Below are positions 59,652 through 64,000 of a stretch of DNA of 64,000 bases, in pieces. A program made the position numbers and the translations under genes. Positions within the stretch are counted from its first letter, which is position 1; every line of letters starts with the position of its first letter. Source of the stretch: Promethearchaeota archaeon (lineage in GTDB: Archaea; Asgardarchaeota; Lokiarchaeia; Sigyniarchaeales; SOKP01); contig JBHLOI010000011.1 in assembly GCA_048940645.1 (NCBI GenBank), forward strand, positions 14,103 to 78,102. The letters are read 5' to 3'. The notes under the pieces are model-generated. The model did no database searches. It had not been told where the DNA came from and saw only the letters and a list, made by a program, of their open reading frames with translations.

Positions 59652-60818
59652 TTATTTTAACTCTTCTTCTTGACAAAATTCACGTGAACCTCTAAGATCT
59701 GTTAAAATTTCATTATCTTTTGATGTTAAGTTATCAATTAAGATACGACTTATTAATTCTCCTACTCCCGGTCCTAACATAAATCCTTGCCCACACATAC
59801 CAACAGCATTTATATAACCTTCAATATTATCAAATTTTCCTACTATAGGATTACCATCAGGAGTCATGGGATATAATCCCCGCCATGTTCGCCTTATCTT
59901 TATATTTCTTAATCTAGGTAATAATCTTATCATACGTTTTGCAATTTGAGGTAAAAATGAGCTAGTTTCTCTTCTATCAAATCCTATGATGTTAGGTTTA
60001 GGAGTTAGACAGAATATTATTTTCCCTTCTTTATTTTGATAAAAATAGTAATTTTTAGAATTTCCAAATAAGGAATCTACTGCTGGTTGAATATCAACTA
60101 CCATAGTGGAGAAAAAATTCTGTACAGGCTCAGTGATACCAGCTTCATGTGACTCAGGTGTTACCGGTAAATCAGTTCCAATCATCTGACCTATATCTTT
60201 AGCATATGCTCCAGCAGCATTAACTACATTTTGAGTTTTATATGAGTTTTTAGTGGTTTTAACTCCAATTATTTTACTATTTTTAGTTAAGATATCAATT
60301 ACTTTTTCATTGAATTTATATTCTGCTCCATTATTTTTTGAATGGCGATAAAACGCATGTAAGGATAATAAAGGCGAACAATTTCCATCCTCCGGGCTAT
60401 GAGTTCCCCCATACAAATTTTCTCCATTAATTCCAGGAATTAAATTTTTAATTTTTTCTGGGGTAACATAATCAATATTAAGCCCATAACCTTTTTGAAG
60501 TTTAACAGTGTTTCTAAGCACTTTTTCATCCTTTTCTGTAAAAGCCAGAAATGTATAACCACCCTGAGACCACCAAATATCATCTCCATACTTTTCTTCC
60601 CAAGTAGAAAATATCTCAATAGATCTTTGACACAACCAAATCTTACTTTTCTGGGAATGTGTGGCTCTTATACCCCCTATTGCATGCTTGTTGTCAGCTT
60701 GTGCTACTGATGGTAATATATCAATTACCAGAGTTTTTAAATTTTTTTTAGATGTCGCCAAAGCTGTTGGAACCCCTATGCTTCCAGCTCCGATAATGAT
60801 AACATCATATTCTGTCAT
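59652..60818 (-). CDS. FAD-dependent oxidoreductase, beta-subunit type (sarcosine oxidase beta / archaeal proline dehydrogenase beta / OoxB family)
   Basis: 'YDVIIIGAGSIGVPTA' dinucleotide fold and DAO-family length (388 aa). It starts 2 nt after the alpha-type gene. Confidence 0.7.
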   Translation of the reverse strand: MTEYDVIIIGAGSIGVPTALATSKKNLKTLVIDILPSVAQADNKHAIGGIRATHSQKSKIWLCQRSIEIFSTWEEKYGDDIWWSQGGYTFLAFTEKDEKVLRNTVKLQKGYGLNIDYVTPEKIKNLIPGINGENLYGGTHSPEDGNCSPLLSLHAFYRHSKNNGAEYKFNEKVIDILTKNSKIIGVKTTKNSYKTQNVVNAAGAYAKDIGQMIGTDLPVTPESHEAGITEPVQNFFSTMVVDIQPAVDSLFGNSKNYYFYQNKEGKIIFCLTPKPNIIGFDRRETSSFLPQIAKRMIRLLPRLRNIKIRRTWRGLYPMTPDGNPIVGKFDNIEGYINAVGMCGQGFMLGPGVGELISRILIDNLTSKDNEILTDLRGSREFCQEEELK

Positions 60819-60820
60819 AA

Positions 60821-62905
60821 CTATTTTTCTCCTTTCGTCTCCTTAACTTTGGCAAAAATGCCCATTGGAACCTCAATAAATAAAGGACGGTTTGTTCCTT
60901 GGTTTATCTGATTATTTAAAACACCTTCTTCACGAAAAATTCGATTAATAAGAGGTGTACATGTTTTACCTCCACAAGCACCCATTCCAGCTTTTGTCAA
61001 AGCTTTTAGTTCGTTAAAATCTCTTACACCATATCGAATCCATTTCCGTATTTCTCCAACGCTCACTCTCTCGCAACGACATATAATAATATCATCATCC
61101 GTAAGAGGAGTCTGATAATAATCTATAGGTTGGTTATAATATGCCTTTTCTAGTTTGATGCCCACAGCTTTCTTAGCTATTATTGAGGGTAAAGTAACAG
61201 TAATAAGTTGTGTTCTAGGAAATTCTGGTAATATCCGTGATCGTACTATTTCAAATTCTCCTAATTCTTCTTCATTGCCAACCACAACGACTATTTGTCC
61301 TTTTTCGATTTTTTTATCACTTAATTCAAGTGGAAAGGTAACTCGTGGGTTATTTTTATCTTTTCTATAATCAACTAAAGTTACTGCTAAGCCTGGGCAC
61401 ACCGCAACACAATTTCCACACCCTATACATTCTTTCTCATCTTTGAAATAAGGTAATTGAGTGATAAGGTTATCTATCGTTTCTATTTGTTCTTGAGGAC
61501 ATACGGTTGTACAAGGATTACAAGGAATTTCTTGATTACAGTGAAATAATGGAAAAATTCCTTCTTCCATAGAAATAACTTCAGTCTTAATTGGTGAAGG
61601 AGGTTTTGCTTTCATTATATTAGCAAAATTTTGCAGTTTATCTATGTCTTCATCGAAATCTATTTTCATTTCTTTCAAGATTTTCAAGGCTTCAATTCTG
61701 CCAGTAAAAATTGCTGTTGATGCTTCCGCGATCTCTTGGGCATCACCAGCCACCCACACTTTCATGTTAAATTCTTTAGCCTTTTGATAAAACTCGTCTA
61801 CTGAATTTAAACCAACAGCAATGAGTATTGTGTCACATATAAAGGTTTGTTCAGATCCTTTGATGATATTATTATCTTTATCTAATTTCCCAATGGTAAT
61901 TGATTCAACTTTATTATTTCCATTTGCAGAAATTACTGTATAATTTGTGTAGATTGGAACACCCATCCTTCTAAGTTTATCTTCATGTACTTTGTATCCT
62001 CCACATTGAGATAATGCTTCAACTAATCCCACAACTTCTATTCCTGCTTGAATAGCATGATAACCTGTGATTAAACCAACATTACCTCCTCCTACAATAA
62101 ATATCTTATTAGCTGATTTCACTAAGTCTCTATTTACTAACGTTTGGAAAGCACCAGCACCGTAAACTCCTGGAAGTGTATTACCAGGAAACACTAACAT
62201 TTTTTCTCTAGCACCAGTCGCCACTAGAAGATATTTTGGTTTTACCATTGCATATTCTACATTATTTCTTAAAATTCCTACAATCCCATCGCTAAAAACA
62301 GCTATAACTGTACTATTTAACCACACATTTACTGTTTTCAATTCCATGACAGAAGTTCCAAGAATTTCTGCTATTTCGATCCCCCTCTTACCTGCATAAA
62401 CATCTTTTTGTGAGCCAAAAAATTTATGTGTTTGAAGAACAAGTTTTCCTCCTAAATGATCTTTATCATCAACAAGAATTACATTAAGACCATAATCTCC
62501 TAATATTTTAGTAGCTGATAATCCAGCTGGACCTGCGCCTATAACAAGAACATTTGCTTCAATAATTTCCGGATCTCCAATCTCCACAGGATTATCAAGA
62601 GGAGGTAAGTCTGGGAGCCCATTGCAACTTTCTATAATCATTCCTTCTTTAAGGGGCGTCATACATGCTTTAACAGGGATGTCATTTGCAATCACATTGC
62701 ATTGTGAACATTGACCATTTGCGCAGAAAATACCTTGAGGGCTTCCATCCTTTACATGATGACCAAAAATTCTTATTTTATTGAGAAAAAGAGCGGAGGA
62801 TATAACCATTCCCTCAAAACCTGTTAATTCTCTCCCGTTGAATTTAAAATTTATTTTCTTTCTAATAGGTATTTGTAAGATGGGATGTTTAGTTAAATTC
62901 TCCAT
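60821..62905 (-). CDS. Multidomain Fe-S flavoprotein, alpha-subunit type (2Fe-2S + FAD/NAD(P) pyridine-nucleotide oxidoreductase + 2x[4Fe-4S] + BFD-like 2Fe-2S)
   Basis: 'CANGQCSQCNV', 'VLVIGAGPAGLSA', 'IVGGGNVGL', 'CNPCTTVCP', 'CIGCGNCVAVCP', 'CRCERVSVGEI..GACGGKTC'. Confidence 0.7.
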   Translation of the reverse strand: MENLTKHPILQIPIRKKINFKFNGRELTGFEGMVISSALFLNKIRIFGHHVKDGSPQGIFCANGQCSQCNVIANDIPVKACMTPLKEGMIIESCNGLPDLPPLDNPVEIGDPEIIEANVLVIGAGPAGLSATKILGDYGLNVILVDDKDHLGGKLVLQTHKFFGSQKDVYAGKRGIEIAEILGTSVMELKTVNVWLNSTVIAVFSDGIVGILRNNVEYAMVKPKYLLVATGAREKMLVFPGNTLPGVYGAGAFQTLVNRDLVKSANKIFIVGGGNVGLITGYHAIQAGIEVVGLVEALSQCGGYKVHEDKLRRMGVPIYTNYTVISANGNNKVESITIGKLDKDNNIIKGSEQTFICDTILIAVGLNSVDEFYQKAKEFNMKVWVAGDAQEIAEASTAIFTGRIEALKILKEMKIDFDEDIDKLQNFANIMKAKPPSPIKTEVISMEEGIFPLFHCNQEIPCNPCTTVCPQEQIETIDNLITQLPYFKDEKECIGCGNCVAVCPGLAVTLVDYRKDKNNPRVTFPLELSDKKIEKGQIVVVVGNEEELGEFEIVRSRILPEFPRTQLITVTLPSIIAKKAVGIKLEKAYYNQPIDYYQTPLTDDDIIICRCERVSVGEIRKWIRYGVRDFNELKALTKAGMGACGGKTCTPLINRIFREEGVLNNQINQGTNRPLFIEVPMGIFAKVKETKGEK

Positions 62906-62946
62906 TTGGATTCATGGGTTTTTTTAAGTTTTTTTTTAAGTTAATT

Positions 62947-64000
62947 TTATTGATATTGTTTAATAATCCTAATGATATCATCAAAATCAATACCTAATTC
63001 TCTGATTTTTTCAATTTTAGGACAGCCTTTTTCATTCCATCCTCTTTCTTTATATACAGCGTTTTGTAACTTCTCATATTGTTCCTCACGATGTTGGCGC
63101 AAAATTTTTATTTTCTCTTTAGTAGATTTAGTAGAGATATCTTCTCCTAATTCAATAAGTTGTTTATCGTATCTTTCTTTACGGCTTTCGTATTCGAGGG
63201 GAGTGACTGGCCCCATAGCTCTATAAGGAAAATTTGAGTCATGTTTTCGAAGGCCTTTACCTTGTCTAATATTAAATATTCGCTGTAAATTATAGACTCT
63301 CTCAGACATATTGATTAAATCATCTGGAGTCGATTTAAATCCTGTAACAGCAGAAAAGTATTTAGCATACCATTCAACATGGTCAGGAACTTTTGCACGA
63401 ACTAACTCTCCGGTTTTAGGATCTTTAATTGGATAGTCTGCTTGGCTTTCTGGCTGGATATCATTCCAAGGTAATTTACAGAGTCCACAAAGGCTGAACC
63501 AAGTACGCCACAGAGGAAACCAACGCAATGCTTTCGCTTTATCTTCAAATGTGGGAATAGATTGTCTTATAACATCTTCAAAAATTAACCATGCCTCATC
63601 ATGCTGAGGTCCCTTATTTGTAAGACCATATCCTCCTTGTTGTGATAGTGATTCCTTAGTAACATATTCAGAAAATTCTAATCCCTTATGTTCCATCCCT
63701 ATATCTTGGACAAATTGAGGATTTGCATTATAATTTTCAGTAAAGATTCTTTTCATTTCTTTTATTCCTTGTCCTACAACAACTCCAAAACCTTCCCCTC
63801 TAGCCATCTGATGTATTAATTCTATGGCTTCTTTAGCATTACCAAAATTGAGATCTAATCCTCCAGTAATATCTTTATTTAATATCCCTGCTTCATAGCA
63901 CTCCATAACAAAAGCAATTCCAGTTCCAACCGAGATTGTATCAAGACCATAAGTATCACAGTAGAAATTTGTCTCCAAAACCCATTTAGGATCCCATACA
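62947..64000 (-). CDS. aor: Aldehyde:ferredoxin oxidoreductase family, C-terminal part (gene continues beyond the window end)
   Basis: 'DTYGLDTISVGTGIAFVMECYEAGI' is typical of AOR domains 2/3. The reading frame stays open upstream of the listed Met up to 64000. Confidence 0.8.
   Translation of the reverse strand, partial: VWDPKWVLETNFYCDTYGLDTISVGTGIAFVMECYEAGILNKDITGGLDLNFGNAKEAIELIHQMARGEGFGVVVGQGIKEMKRIFTENYNANPQFVQDIGMEHKGLEFSEYVTKESLSQQGGYGLTNKGPQHDEAWLIFEDVIRQSIPTFEDKAKALRWFPLWRTWFSLCGLCKLPWNDIQPESQADYPIKDPKTGELVRAKVPDHVEWYAKYFSAVTGFKSTPDDLINMSERVYNLQRIFNIRQGKGLRKHDSNFPYRAMGPVTPLEYESRKERYDKQLIELGEDISTKSTKEKIKILRQHREEQYEKLQNAVYKERGWNEKGCPKIEKIRELGIDFDDIIRIIKQYQ

Noticed and set aside
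1-64000. CRISPR arrays, tRNA/rRNA genes and IS elements.
   Set aside because: I saw no regularly spaced direct repeats of 25-40 nt. I saw no G+C-rich 70-90-nt islands of the kind structural RNAs form in AT-rich archaeal genomes. I saw no transposase-like ORFs or terminal inverted repeats. This was a visual scan only; a tRNAscan/Infernal run would be needed to be certain.

Overview
This is a strongly AT-rich (roughly 30% G+C by eye) archaeal chromosomal segment with about 65 protein-coding genes. I recognised no rRNA, tRNA, CRISPR array, integrase or transposase. All product calls come from reading motifs in the supplied translations; no database search was possible.

Content:
- Information-processing genes are archaeal or eukaryote-like: RadA, a RadB-like RecA paralog, FEN1, an RPA-like OB-fold protein, a Hel308/Ski2-like helicase, a Hef/FANCM-like helicase and a TFB-like factor. 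They lie within about 26 kb (24.6-50.8 kb).
- There is also a Ras/Rab-like small GTPase and an MglB(Roadblock)-MglA GTPase pair. Together this suggests an Asgard (Loki-like) archaeon; that is inference only.
- Both ends carry amino-acid and amide catabolism genes: two tungsten-type aldehyde:ferredoxin oxidoreductases (AORs), ornithine aminotransferase, carbamate kinase, an atypical ornithine-carbamoyltransferase-like gene, a penicillin-acylase-family hydrolase, a D-aminoacylase-like amidohydrolase, and a two-subunit FAD/Fe-S oxidoreductase of the proline-dehydrogenase / opine-oxidase / sarcosine-oxidase family.

Best candidate for an undescribed system: a tightly packed minus-strand cluster at 15.3-22.7 kb, possibly extending to 24.2 kb.
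- It encodes a 1234-aa polytopic protein whose cytoplasmic part looks like a VirB4/HerA/FtsK-type translocase with the Walker A residues replaced.
- It also encodes two further membrane proteins, a small coiled-coil protein and a membrane-anchored (HhH)2 DNA-binding protein.
- I interpret it, as a hypothesis, as a DNA-transfer or DNA-uptake-like envelope apparatus.

Other notable points:
- A very stereotyped promoter element (TTTTTCTTTAAATA class) occurs at least 23 times.
- RadA has a second C-terminal HhH module and a probable 1-nt frameshift at its 5' end.
- The Hef-like helicase has a catalytically dead ERCC4-like tail (FANCM-like).
- The Hel308-like helicase carries a SWIM-type CxCx19CxH insertion.
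- A DMT (EamA-type) permease is fused to a RAM (Lrp/AsnC ligand-binding) domain.
- A small zinc-finger protein is present in two paralogous copies.
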